This document shows positions 13,401-56,476 of a stretch of 64,000 nucleotides of DNA, in pieces. The position numbers and the translations under genes are program-made. How positions within the stretch are numbered: position 1 is the stretch's first letter; each line of letters opens with the position of its first letter. Below the pieces are notes generated by a model, which worked only from the letters and a program-made list of their open reading frames with translations, searched no databases and was not told the origin of the DNA. Source of the stretch: Tubiluchus corallicola (lineage: Eukaryota; Animalia; Priapulida); contig JAQGDQ010000036.1 in the NCBI GenBank assembly GCA_030141605.1, forward strand, positions 186,001 to 250,000, in the 5' to 3' direction.

Positions 13401-13703
13401 TTGGGGGCTTCACGTAGTAAAACGTTGGGTTGTGCGATACTACACCTTAGGGTGAAAATGCAAATAATTCAACACAGCTCAGACTCATACGGAACTAAAA
13501 AAATAAAAAATTAGTCATAGTAATATTTGTGATTATCAAAAAGGTATGATTGTACTGTCAATTATTCTTCCTTAATAAGATTATGCGACGATAATTTATT
13601 ATTATTCGAAGCTTCACTTGACCAATAAAAGCATTTAAATTTTTACCGAATACAAAGTCAAATGAAAGAATAACTTTACGCGTCTGTGTACTCTTTAGGC
13701 TTT

Positions 13704-14770
13704 GTAGGGCGCCGAATAATCCAGTAGCCAAAGTACGACACTTCCGGTAAGACGCATGTGCTAAATTTGCGGAAAAGCAGTGTCGTACATGGGCACAGGC
13801 CAGGTAGGACACTAGCGATTTTTGTCGAGAATCGATAATTTTGTAAAATTTTTAAAAATTTATGTAGGCAAACGGAGAAGCTCTTGCAGAACTTGTTTGC
13901 AGCCTTATATTTCCAGTTTATAATTTTTAATTGATCATAATTATTGTTGTATAAGTAGTCAGTGAATTGGATGTTACCATTGTTTATTAGTATCATTATG
14001 GCATAATAAAACAAAACTAAATTTGTTTTAGAAAAAAAGTAATGTTATAATAATGATGGATAGTCCTTGGTAATTTACAAATGTATTTTTTACAATAATA
14101 TCATCATTTTTATTAGCTCCATTAATGTCATCATAACATTAAATTAAGTATCTAATGCTTTAAAGAGAGAAACTATGGACAAAGTTGTTACAGAAATAAT
14201 TACAAGTTTAAAGATGAGCCAGATGCTTCTAAGCGTTCACAACACGAAAAAGTAATTTGTGACATTTAGGAAAAGCAAAGACAATTAGTTTTAATAATAT
14301 CAATAGTATTGTAACATGTAGGGCACTATCGTACATGGCTCACTAGCCCTTGTAGGGCACATAGATCGCTAGAATGTTTACTTAGGAGAAAATAATTATT
14401 TGTTCAAGAGGTAGTGAAACTGATCACCTGTCTGTGATGCGAGACAAAATAAAAAATGATATACCTTATAAACAAATGTTGAAATCGCCTAAAAAGTGGA
14501 TTTATTTCACTTCAACAACATTAATATCGAAGCCAAATTTAATATTGTCCGTCTACCAGCTCAGAATAAAATTATTTTATTTTATCAGATGTATAATAAA
14601 TTTTCAACGTGTATTGACGTTTTTAATTATTATTATTACATAAACAAAGACAACGTACGGTGTCAGTAGCCTCAACGACTTAATTCCCGACCTGTCTCTA
14701 GTGTCCTAATTGGGCTAGCCCATGTACGCCAATTGTCCTACTTCGGCTAGTGGGTTACTCGGCGCCTAAC
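13704..14770. mobile_element. Old non-autonomous DNA transposon with degenerate long TIRs, just upstream of CLP1
   Basis: Left end gtagggcgccgaataatccagtagccaaagtacgacac...cgtacatgggc...taggacactag matches the reverse complement of 14698-14770 (gttaggcgccgagtaacccactagccgaagtaggaca...cgtacatgggc...taggacactag). A partial internal copy lies near 14318-14370. Confidence 0.65.
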
Positions 14771-15079
14771 AGTGTTATTTGTCAAGTGCGCGCTTTATTA
14801 CTGCGAATAAAATATTAAACGCTTGTCCATTTTTGTTGTTTAAAAAACAATAAAGTGGAAATTAAGAACTTGCTAGTTTTTAGGTGCCTATGCTAACTAA
14901 TATCTGGATATGTTCTAAGTATTTAATAGGCTATAGTTGGTTAAAGACGCCTTGACCATTCTTTGTATATTTGACTTGCTTTAAATCATGATAGAGTATA
15001 AGACGACCTGAGTTAGACGCGACAGTCTCACCGATTCGTTACATCTACATGTTATAGCAGTAGCACCTTCTATTCTGCC

Positions 15080-18000
15080 ATGGAGGATGCGAAAGAGAAA
15101 ACAGCAGAAGAAGTACGTGGGTGATGTAGTTAAGACGAATACCATATTTGCTTTTTGACATTATTCATTACTATAATGAAGGACCAAGGCTTTCTGGGCA
15201 AAATAATAAAACTTTGTTACAGACTATTTTTGCTGTTACTATTCTTCACTTAAATTCCAAATTCATATAACTTGTCAATTCTTCATGTTAACATAATTTA
15301 GAAGTCATGTAATCATCAATCATTTTTGGCTTTCACAGGAGAAATTTTTAGAAAATTGATTCATTTGAGTTTTTTATAAGTTGCTATTACTAGTTGTCTC
15401 TCAAACTGTTTTGCTCATACTGTATAATTTGAGAAAGAAAGAAGGAACAAGAGCTACATAAATTCCAAGAAATGTGGTGTGCTATAAAAGCTAATAGAAG
15501 TGCTTTTTAATTCAATTTTTTTTTTACCAAAAATCAAATCTTCACTCTTGGGCTCTCTGCAGAACACTTGTAACACAGAAGCTAATATTTCATTTATGCA
15601 AGTCTGAAACATACCTGGAAACAATTATTGCATTTTGGAGCATGTGTTGGTAATTTGGATATTAAAGACAATATCTTTGATGTTGATTTCAGAGTAAACG
15701 TGTGGAATATAAATTAGAAAAAGACTGCGAATTTAGATTTGAGGTAGAAAATGGAGAAGAAGTTGAACTTGAAGTAAGTTTTCCTTAATTTGTTCAAACA
15801 TAAATCTTCCATGCAGCACAGTGCATTACTACACATAAATCTGCTAATGGGCATAGTATAATGACATGTACTATGATGCATTTATTAGCTACCTTAACAG
15901 TTTATGAAAAATCGTCTAGGAATTTGCATTGCCATTAGTGTGGGACGTTGGCTTTATTTTCCTAATTGATTAATTGTGTAGAAAATGAAGTTTATGTTCG
16001 ATTATAATCGGTTTTTAGCCATAAATGAAATTTTTAACAAGGAACTCTTTTCACATAAAAGATTTGTTCATTTTAATCATTTCTGCTTTAATTACAATGT
16101 TGGCAGAAAAAGTTAAAGTATAAAGTAAAGAATAAATTTTAAATGAGTTTATCTTATTAGTTTACAAAACACTCCCACAAAACTGTCATCATCGTTTGCA
16201 TGCTTATACATATTTATTTTCGTTTACAAAACCCAGTGCTTGTGCTTATGAGAAACCTTCATTTCTAAACAGCGTCGCCAGGGCGATTAGTTACTGTGCA
16301 TATATATTGCTTGATTTCACTGCACTGATGGCTATGTTTTAGAACATAGAAGTACCTAGTTGATGATGGCTATGTTTATCGTGTGATTTTTGTGGTTTTT
16401 CCAAAAAATAAGTGTGAATGGCATTAGTAATGCAATTGATTTGCGTTGGCAGCGAAAAAATAATCGATGATCGAAAATGAAAGCCCAAATCGATTAAGTC
16501 AATTAATCTGTCCCATCACTAACTGCTGTCTCCATTAATTCCTACTATAAAAAATTATTGTACAATCTGATATGGTGTGGCTCTTATCTGTTTTAACTTA
16601 AATAATTTCTCAGCATAAAAATTATTGGAAAAAAGTAACATATGCCAAATACCTATTTAGTCCTTTGTGAAAAATAACTAAATATTAAAAAATAAATGAA
16701 GTCAAACGTTTTTATTTCATGACCTTTGACTAAATGGTAAGAGTTATATACCTAATTTGGGAATTAACTTTTCCCAGAAATTATATATCAACTGTATATC
16801 AATATTATTTAGAAAGAAATCATTCATTTACGAACTAAGTTATAAACAATACAAACCTTATGGATAGTCTCTGCAAAGCATTTACTGAAAAACACTTCTA
16901 TAGCTTTCTTATGAATAGTCATTTCGATAAACATAAAAAACTGAATGTAAAAAGCCCTATAATATTTACTTGCAATTTTGTGTAGGAAATATGTATAGTG
17001 TTACCCTTACTATAATAAGATTGATAACCATGTACTTTATAAGTACATAAAAACCTGGTAGAGCTATAAATTTGCACTTGATATTACTTTTGGCAGCGCT
17101 ATTAATATAATAGCAAAACTAATTACCTTCAGCATAAGACTTATAAACACTTGGTTCTTTTTTGTTAATTTTTGTTTTGTTTTAGCTCAAGTCTGGTATG
17201 GCTGAGATTTTTGGGACTGAACTTATTATGTACAAGAAATATACATTTCCTTCTGGCGCAAAAATCGCTGTGTTCACATGGCATGGCTGTGTGTTGGAAA
17301 TATCCTTTTTATGATAAAAAATGAAATGAAAAATAATATTAATGAAATATCGGATGTATCATGATTGTTTTCCCGTAATCTAAATTCTAAATACAGTAGA
17401 ATCCGCTTGATAAGTCCACGGATAATGAATCTAGCTGCTTATTGTGGCTACCATTGCTGGAACAGAACTGTATAATATATTAACCTAGAAAATCCGTTTA
17501 TTAAATCCAAACTTCGCTTTATAAATCCACATTGCGTGCTGCGAAGACAACAAAATATAGATGCAGTCCACACAGTTGAGCTGCATTTTAACTTGACGAC
17601 AGTGAATCTGAACAAGAAATTACTATATAGCTGCTTAACTGCAATGTGAAGTGTAAAAACTGCAGTGTGGCCTGCAGAACAGTGAAACATGCAGTTAACT
17701 AAAATTTAGATACTAACTGGTAAACCGTTGTGCCCTTGAGGACGTTAATGACTTTAACTCGCTGAAATTAAATTTGCATGTTTTGCATTTTTTTAACATG
17801 GCAAGCAGTTTATCTCATATAAAAGGTAATGACGTCACAGATATACAATACATACCTTGCGCGAGCTACTTTAATAATATGAGCTCTAATAAATTATTGC
17901 ACTTTATAATACATACTTTATGCGAGTTACTTCAATCATATTAACGCTAATAAATTTAAATTACTGCATTTTACTTAAAAACTTTTCGCAAGCAGTTTAC

Positions 18001-21000
18001 CGGATATTAACAGACTTGGCTTCAAATAGAAAATACTACTACATGGGTCTATTCGGTTTATAAATCCAGCCACTTAATAAATCCTTTTAGCTTCGCACCA
18101 TTGTGGATTCATTAAGCAGCGTACACTATAATGATAAAATGTGTTTTTGTAAATGGTATTTTCATGCACTACTCACTACTTGGAAAAGTTAAACTGATAA
18201 AAGTGCTGTATGTTAACAAGCATATCTGATAACTTACTTCTAAGTTCGTCCAACTTATAGTTTTAGTGCAACTGGATACGTCATTAAAAATGAACTGCAT
18301 TTTCGTAAATATAGCCTAGATGTATTTAATAATTGAAATTCAAGTTTGTTAGTTTCTATTTTTCTTAATGGTCAATTCACACAAAGGGTAAAACTGAAGT
18401 GGCATATATTGCAAAGGAAACTCCCATGATAATGTACTTGAACACTCATGCCGCTTTGGAACAAATGAGACAGAAGGCTGAAAAGGAGGGAACAACTGGT
18501 CCAACAGTAAGAGATTTGAATTACATGTGTTTTGCGCATTTATATTTCGTGTTTCACTTTTATGTTTTTATGAATTATTTAGTGGTGTGAGATTCTAACA
18601 CAATAATGCAAATATTCCTAATTCTTTCATTTTTTACATTTCGATTAGCAAAACTGTTTTAGTTGGTACCATTTTGGCAGTTGGCAAACATGTAAAAGTG
18701 AATGTATTGTAGTTATTATACTTATGTAATGTTATGCATTAGTGACTGTATTTTTTTATGTTATGTATATATTTGTGTTTAGGTTATGATTGTTGGCCCA
18801 GGTGATGTTGGAAAGAGCACGTTATGTAAATTACTTGTCAATTATGCAGTTCGCATAGGCAGACAACCAACATTTGTTGATCTTGATGTTGGGCAAGGGC
18901 AGGTATCTGTTCCTGGTACTATAGGTAATCTAAGCATAAGTTAACTAGTTGTTAAATGAGAAATAAAATATTCATAAATCTATTGAAAAGTACAAGTAGT
19001 TAGTATTCTTATGTGTTTAAGTAATCCGGCACAATATAAATGTACTGTAATCGAAGCATGGCAAAAAACAATTCAGTTCAGGTACTTATAGCTTTGTTGT
19101 TTTTTTGCATTAGAATGCTAACATTGTGCAAATTTTACTTTGGAGAGGGAAGGAATGTCGATCTGACAACATAAATTAATTTGCTGTTGCAGTGAAAAGA
19201 CATTGCTTTATAATTCTTGTTGTTTTAAAACATCTTGTCCCATCTCACTTAAACAACTGTTTTACAGTTTGGTCCAAGCCATTATCATGTACAAATTGCT
19301 GAAATTAGATAAGATGTATTATAATTGGATCATACAAGAACGACAATACTTATTACCTTTAAACAAGTCATTTTCACTCACTGAAAACTACAGATAATTA
19401 AAGCAGTAATTGTCAGTCTTACATTTCGTCTAAGCTGAGTTAACCGAATGGATGTTCAGTTTAATTTAGTGATTTAATGAATTTAAATTTTGGTAGCTGT
19501 TAATTTCATAATTTCAGCACTTGATTAGAGAAATATGAATAGTTATAAAAATTGTTTTTCTTCTGTGTTTCAGTTACAATATATTTGTATTGTGCTGGAT
19601 TGGTTCAAACATTTTCTTTAATATAATGAAACCTATTTTCAGCATCTTACTTCTGATGTTGGACTGAATCAAGCTGAAATGTAGCTTTGTATGTGAAATG
19701 GTTCATGATGTTCAAAAAACAGTTAAAGTTAAGCTACTTTTTGTTGAATCAATTACATGGATTTTTATTCTCAGATTGTTAACAACATATTTTTATTGTT
19801 GCACAATAAACAGCACCTACTTTGCTTTAAGACATCTGTCATTCTTTAATTTTTTTATATTTGAAGGTGCTTTATCAGTAGAAAGGCCAGCTGACGTCGA
19901 GGAAGGAAATTTTTCTTTACATGCACCATTGATATATCAATTTGGTCACATTAGTCCAAGTGTTAACTTAAATCTGTATAACTCTCTAGTGTCTCGACTA
20001 GCCGAAGTTGTTCAGCTGCGAGGAGACACTAATAGAAAAGGTTGGACTTATCACTTTCGATAGCTTCAAAATTAGTTTTAGTCTTTATTTAATGTAAAGA
20101 GTGTGTCGTAAAATATGCAACATTACATGTCAAATAAATTTTAACTATTTTGTATATCTTTTAATTGTGTACAATTTAATTGTTTCACTCCAATTTTGAG
20201 TTTAAAGAAACAAGTTACATCCCTTTAAACACATTCTTTGGCATGTTTTACATCACTGTTTGAAAATATATTAATTTCTGCAATTTTCCTTTAATGTTAT
20301 AAGATGTTGAGCATTTTACATTTACTAAATAGTAGTTACAGGAACTTCGCTACACTGACCTTGAAGTTACAGCATAGCCTAATCTGTTTTTAGGTGACTA
20401 ACATTATTTGACCGGTTCTTGCAAAAGATTCTAAATCTAGATAATTTTTGTAGCTGCAGTAAGCGGAGCTGTGATAAACACCTGTGGTTGGGTAAAAGGA
20501 CTAGGGTATAAAGCTATACTACATGCTGCTCAGGCTTTTGAAGGTTAGTTGGTTTTTTGTCTCCATGTTGCCACAAAATTACCATGTCAGTTAAAAAGCA
20601 AAAAAAAAACATATTGCGCAAACATACAAACCACCTAAGTTTTCACTACAAGCCACTAATTGCAGGGCTGGCTTTGCTACTTTATTAATATTTATAAGTT
20701 ATGATGGAGATGAAATGAATGGCTAATACCACACCACTGTTACACCTAGTAGAAAACATTTATAATGTTTGAACTGTAAGCGACATGTTAAAATAGTGGA
20801 AATCTGAAGCTTTTACTTATTATATTGTAAATTACAATAAGTACCAATGTTTTAGTTTGTTTGTGTAGTAGTAAGCAAGCTTATTATCCTTCTAGTTTCC
20901 TAATGTATTTTTATTATATTTTAGTTGATGTAATAATAGCACTTGATCAAGACAGATTGTACAACGAACTTAAGCGTGATATGCCAGATTTTGTGAAAAT

Positions 21001-23288
21001 TGTTTTACAACCAAAGTCAGGAGGGGTAAGTTTTATCATTGCTTAATTCTGTCGTAAAATTTACGTTCTTTTATTGATTATGTTGATGACTGATACTTTT
21101 ATGTATTATTGAATGCAAGTACAGTCATTAAAAGTACACAACTGGACCCAGTCTTAAACTAGGTCAAAAAAATCTACTCTTTAAAATAATGAAAGGAAAT
21201 GTACTACTTTTTCAAAAATGACTTAAGTCATTATTACCGAACAAACACTATTTCGCGTTAGACAGGCACTAGTGCCTGCATTTCAAAAACGTGTTGTGCA
21301 AAAAACAAGTGCTGTACCTCTCAGTTCAGATGTGTTAGTTTGTGACGAACTACAAACGTTCGAAAGCTTAGGCATGAGCACAGCGTTAAATTTGAAATTT
21401 GAATTTTTATCTTAAAATTTGCCTTGTTTTAGTACAACACACTGAATATCTTACGGTAGCACTGTACTTCAACTTTTGCTTTTAGAAACACGTACAACAC
21501 GCTCGTGGTTGGTTTGTGATGTCATCAGTAGTTGGGCTCGCCCACCGTTAATTAAATTTTTAATGTATTATTTAATTATCAGAAACTCTTTTGCTGTATT
21601 AATTGTGTTAAAATTTATACCTTTAGCAGACGTGAAAATGGGGAATATATGGGGTAATCTTCCTTTAAACATCAGTGCAGCAGGGTACAAAAATCCTGTC
21701 ACTTTCAAGCTGATCAGCCAATTCTGTTTGTTGCTACTCCAATGCCTTGTTGTTGCGTAATTGACTCATAGATTCTTGACTACTCAGTATACATAGGGTA
21801 TTATGAGTTGACAGTGTGTTCAGAAACAGAATTGAATCTTGCAACATTTTCCAGACTACTTACGGTACTGCATGGTAATGTATAGTAAGAACTTTCAGAA
21901 ACATATTATTTAAAAAACGTTGAGGTGTATTAGAACAGCACATCTATGGCTTTTGTAGGACATTAACCTATTGTCAAACTATAGGTAATGTTAATCAGGT
22001 GTTAACATTAAAACCATTGCTGAAACAAATAACCTATTTGTAAATTGTACGTTCTGATATGTATGCGTTTTGTTTTTGGTAAGTTTTTGCCTTAATTATA
22101 GGTTGTGGAAAGGTCTCGACAACATAGGATTGAAAGTCGTGAAGGAAAAGTGCGAGAATATTTCTATGGTGTTCGAACACCACTTTATCCACATATTTTT
22201 GATGTCAAGTTTCATGATGTAAAAATTTTTAAAATTGGAGGCAAGGCGTTAAAATTTTTGAAGCATTTATAATTTTGAATATCTTTTTGGTATTCAAGCC
22301 TATTATTTATTTTTATACATTTATTATCTGTAATATCTACTTTCACAATCAGATATTATGTGATCATAATCACATATGCCCCGTAATTATATAACATAAA
22401 GGCACTGTATGCTAACTTTTAAATGTGGGAAATTTTGAGTTGCATTTTATTCTGCCAAATTAGAACATAAAAACTGTGGGTATTTAGTGCTTGTACAAAA
22501 GCAATAACTATTGACTAAATATTAATTTTAGCTCCAGTTCTGCCAGATTCGCTCCTGCCACTGGGAATGAAACAAGAGGATCCACATTTGAAATTAGTCG
22601 CTGTTAAACCAGGTAAAAGTTCACACATTAAATTAAACTCAAAATCAGAAGTAAGAGCCTTTTTGAGTTATGTCCTTACTCTAATAAAAAGTTACTCGTA
22701 GGTTTCCTAAGTACGGAAAATCCATGGCGTGTTAGAGATGGTGATGTTGCATCTGTCTTCAATAAAACAATTAACTTGTCTGCTTACTTATTTAGTGCAT
22801 TGACTAATTGTTTTGGTCAGTTGACTAATGGTCAGTGTGCCTATAACAGCATTACAATGGCTGATGTGTAAAATATCTTCTAGATCAGCAGTTGTTGCAT
22901 CACGTACTAGGAGTCAGCATGGCTGCATCAACAGAACAGGACATTGTCCATACAAATGTGATGGGATTCATCTGTGTGTAAGTGCGATTTAAAACAATTA
23001 ATGTTCGGATCGATCATATATATACAACTGCATGTCGACAACCAATACACAGTTGCAAGTTTTTTGAGAAGCTAGGCATAGCTACTGTAAAAATAAATTC
23101 AGATATGCATCTTATGTATTCTTTGAAACAGCCTTAAGTAGCAAACAACAACTAATAAAATTATTTGATTTTTAAGGCATGCCGTGGACATGGAGCATCA
23201 AACTTTGACGGTTCTTGCACCAGCACCACGTCCATTACCTCGCAATATATTGCTTGTGTGTGATGTGCAATTTCTTGATTCTCATTAG
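15080..23288 (+). CDS. CLP1: Polyribonucleotide 5'-hydroxyl kinase Clp1 (CF IIm / tRNA-splicing-associated RNA kinase), 428 aa
   Basis: Exons 15080-15112, 15693-15773, 17186-17299, 18381-18506, 18783-18924, 19867-20040, 20454-20543, 20925-21025, 22102-22240, 22532-22612, 22884-22977, 23177-23288 total 1287 nt in frame. Motifs [19 protein letters not shown]-loop [47 protein letters not shown]. Confidence 0.97.
17300..18380 (+). other. U12-type AT-AC intron 3 of CLP1
   Basis: Donor GAA|ATATCCTTTT; branch-site-like TTTTCTTAAT then GGTCAATTCAC|ACA. Splicing gives [16 protein letters not shown], colinear with human WHGCSVQLSGRTEVAY as I recall it; no GT-AG pair gives this junction. Confidence 0.92.
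17394..18128. mobile_element. Tc1/mariner-superfamily (Tigger-like) MITE inside the AT-AC intron
   Basis: TA|CAGTAGAATCCGCTTGATAAGTCC at the left end; ...GGATTCATTAAGCAGCGTACACTA|TA at the right end (degenerate TIR, TA flanks). Confidence 0.7.
21192..21669. mobile_element. Possible Kolobok-like non-autonomous element
   Basis: Starts tgaaaggaaatgtactac and ends ggggtaatcttcctttaa (TTAA-flanked AGG...CCT termini); weak TIR similarity only. Confidence 0.3.
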
Positions 23289-23564
23289 TGGTCCTGTTTG
23301 TTACAATAGAACCTTGTTTGTTCCACGTTTCATATTTTTAACAGTAATGTACGATGTAATAATGGTGTCAGGATTGCGATGTTCTCAATTTTGATTAATT
23401 TGAAGCTACCACGTTTTTAGTTGTGTGATTAGTTTTTCACTGATCATGTCTAAAGAAATTGTGACTTATACTGTAGTCTTTGCATTTTTTCTTTAAATCA
23501 AAATACTAGTTACACATAAAACGAGGTACACATAAAACATGAAGCTGTATATTATATTACCATC

Positions 23565-23570
23565 AATAAA
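23565..23570 (+). terminator. Candidate CLP1 polyadenylation signal AATAAA
   Basis: First canonical AATAAA I found, about 280 nt after the CLP1 stop; a second is near 23632. Confidence 0.5.
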
Positions 23571-24548
23571 TTATATTTTTGCATTGCCAAATGTTACAGG
23601 TGTTTAGAAATATATTAGTTTGTGCATGTACAATAAATACATGTGCAAAGAGTGCACAGCATGAAAGCAAAACAGCCAGTTGGCTGCAAGAAGATTTAAT
23701 GAATTCACAATTACGTACAAAAATATACTACTATATAATCTGCTATTCAATGATCTAACAATGATAAACTTTTGAAAATTAACCAAGTTGACACGGTTGT
23801 TAGAAATCAAGTCACAACACTTTTTGTTATTTACAACAAAGCTTGCTTTTTAATAATGATCCATAAATTCGAGGTAATTTGTTTCCTAGTAGCAAATAAC
23901 ATGAAAGCTCATCTCCAGGACATCATACAAGTATAGAAATTTTAGAATGAACTGTAGTTAGCGTATCAAAAGTGTACTTGCACCTAATTTGGCTCTTATT
24001 AGTTTCGTGGTAAGTGGAATATAAACTGTTAAATTAAAATTGTGGACATATGAAAGCAGAGGTTAAATGAATCAGCAGCTATTGTTCACTGGCTTAATTT
24101 ATTAAATATCAAATAAGTTCATTTAAATTACTTAACATTAAAATCTATTATCAAACAATCACATCATAAATTACTGTACAGCTTTCTACAGTTTTTATGG
24201 AATGTCATTGGAACTGCTTTATATTTTGGCAAAAAACTAAACAGACAAAATGCCTTGCTAGAAAGCAACCCCTTCTTGAAAGATTCTTTATTTAAAAAAT
24301 TACGACCTAACAACAACTCAATTTTCAAAACTTAGAAAAAAGAATTAATCACCTAGTTTGGTCCCGATCATGGAATGTATATACTAGTGTACAATATTTA
24401 GATTTATTTAAATTATAGATTAACCACTAGTTACTAAATAAGAACAGAAGATGCTTTATTTACAGTTTTGATTTTAAACAATCCCAATATGGAATTTTCA
24501 GGAAAAATTATAACTAATGTTTAAAAATGTTTTCAACTCCCTCATCTC

Positions 24549-56008
<31,460 letters not shown>

Positions 56009-56084
56009 CTGTAAAAAAGTTATACAATCAGCAATTAATTATACATAACCCTACCCGAAAGCTTATGAAATAAGCACAATGGTT

Positions 56085-56476
56085 CTTTTTTTAATTTTTG
56101 AATCCATATATAGGCAGAGAAGAAAGCGTGAAAAATTAGAACCAAGCCTGGATTTGAACCAGAAATCTTTCAGCTAAAATCTGAATATAGTAGTTGTAGA
56201 CCACCAGACCATATGAAACAAAATGGGTTCTGATTCAGTCTTAACAACTCACCAATCCACCTAACATTTCTGTACCAGTTTACTGATGCTAGAGAAATTA
56301 TTTTAACTGCTCAAACTAAGGAACTCTTGTAAAAAGTTACTAGGATTAAGTGGTCTAGTAGCCAAAATGTGGAGCTTGTAACACGAAAGTCCCCCTTTCA
56401 AATTCAAGCACAAAACCATTTTTTCCATTTCTTTTTGTCTGAACATATCTAGATTTTAAAATGCAAATGAAAAGCT
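56085..56476. mobile_element. Degenerate palindromic element with two divergent tRNA-like arms
   Basis: Minus arm 56210-56139 has an A-box-like TGGTGGTCTA, a B-box GGTTCAAATCC and a T-run. Plus arm about 56343-56420 has AGTGGTCTAGT, a degenerate B box TTTCAAATTC and a T-run. The outer flanks are also loosely inverted. Confidence 0.5.

Noticed and set aside
13558-14014. Minus-strand ORFs as possible upstream LSM12 exons
   Set aside because: LSM12 is complete from the ATG at 9079; these ORFs lie in or beside a TIR element and show no homology.
22085-22101. U12-like branch sequence GCCTTAAT before a CLP1 acceptor
   Set aside because: The matching donor at 21026 is GTAAGT (U2 type) and the motif is too close to the AG.
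56139-56210. Functional tRNA gene
   Set aside because: Acceptor, D and anticodon stems do not pair properly; treated as a tRNA-derived repeat.
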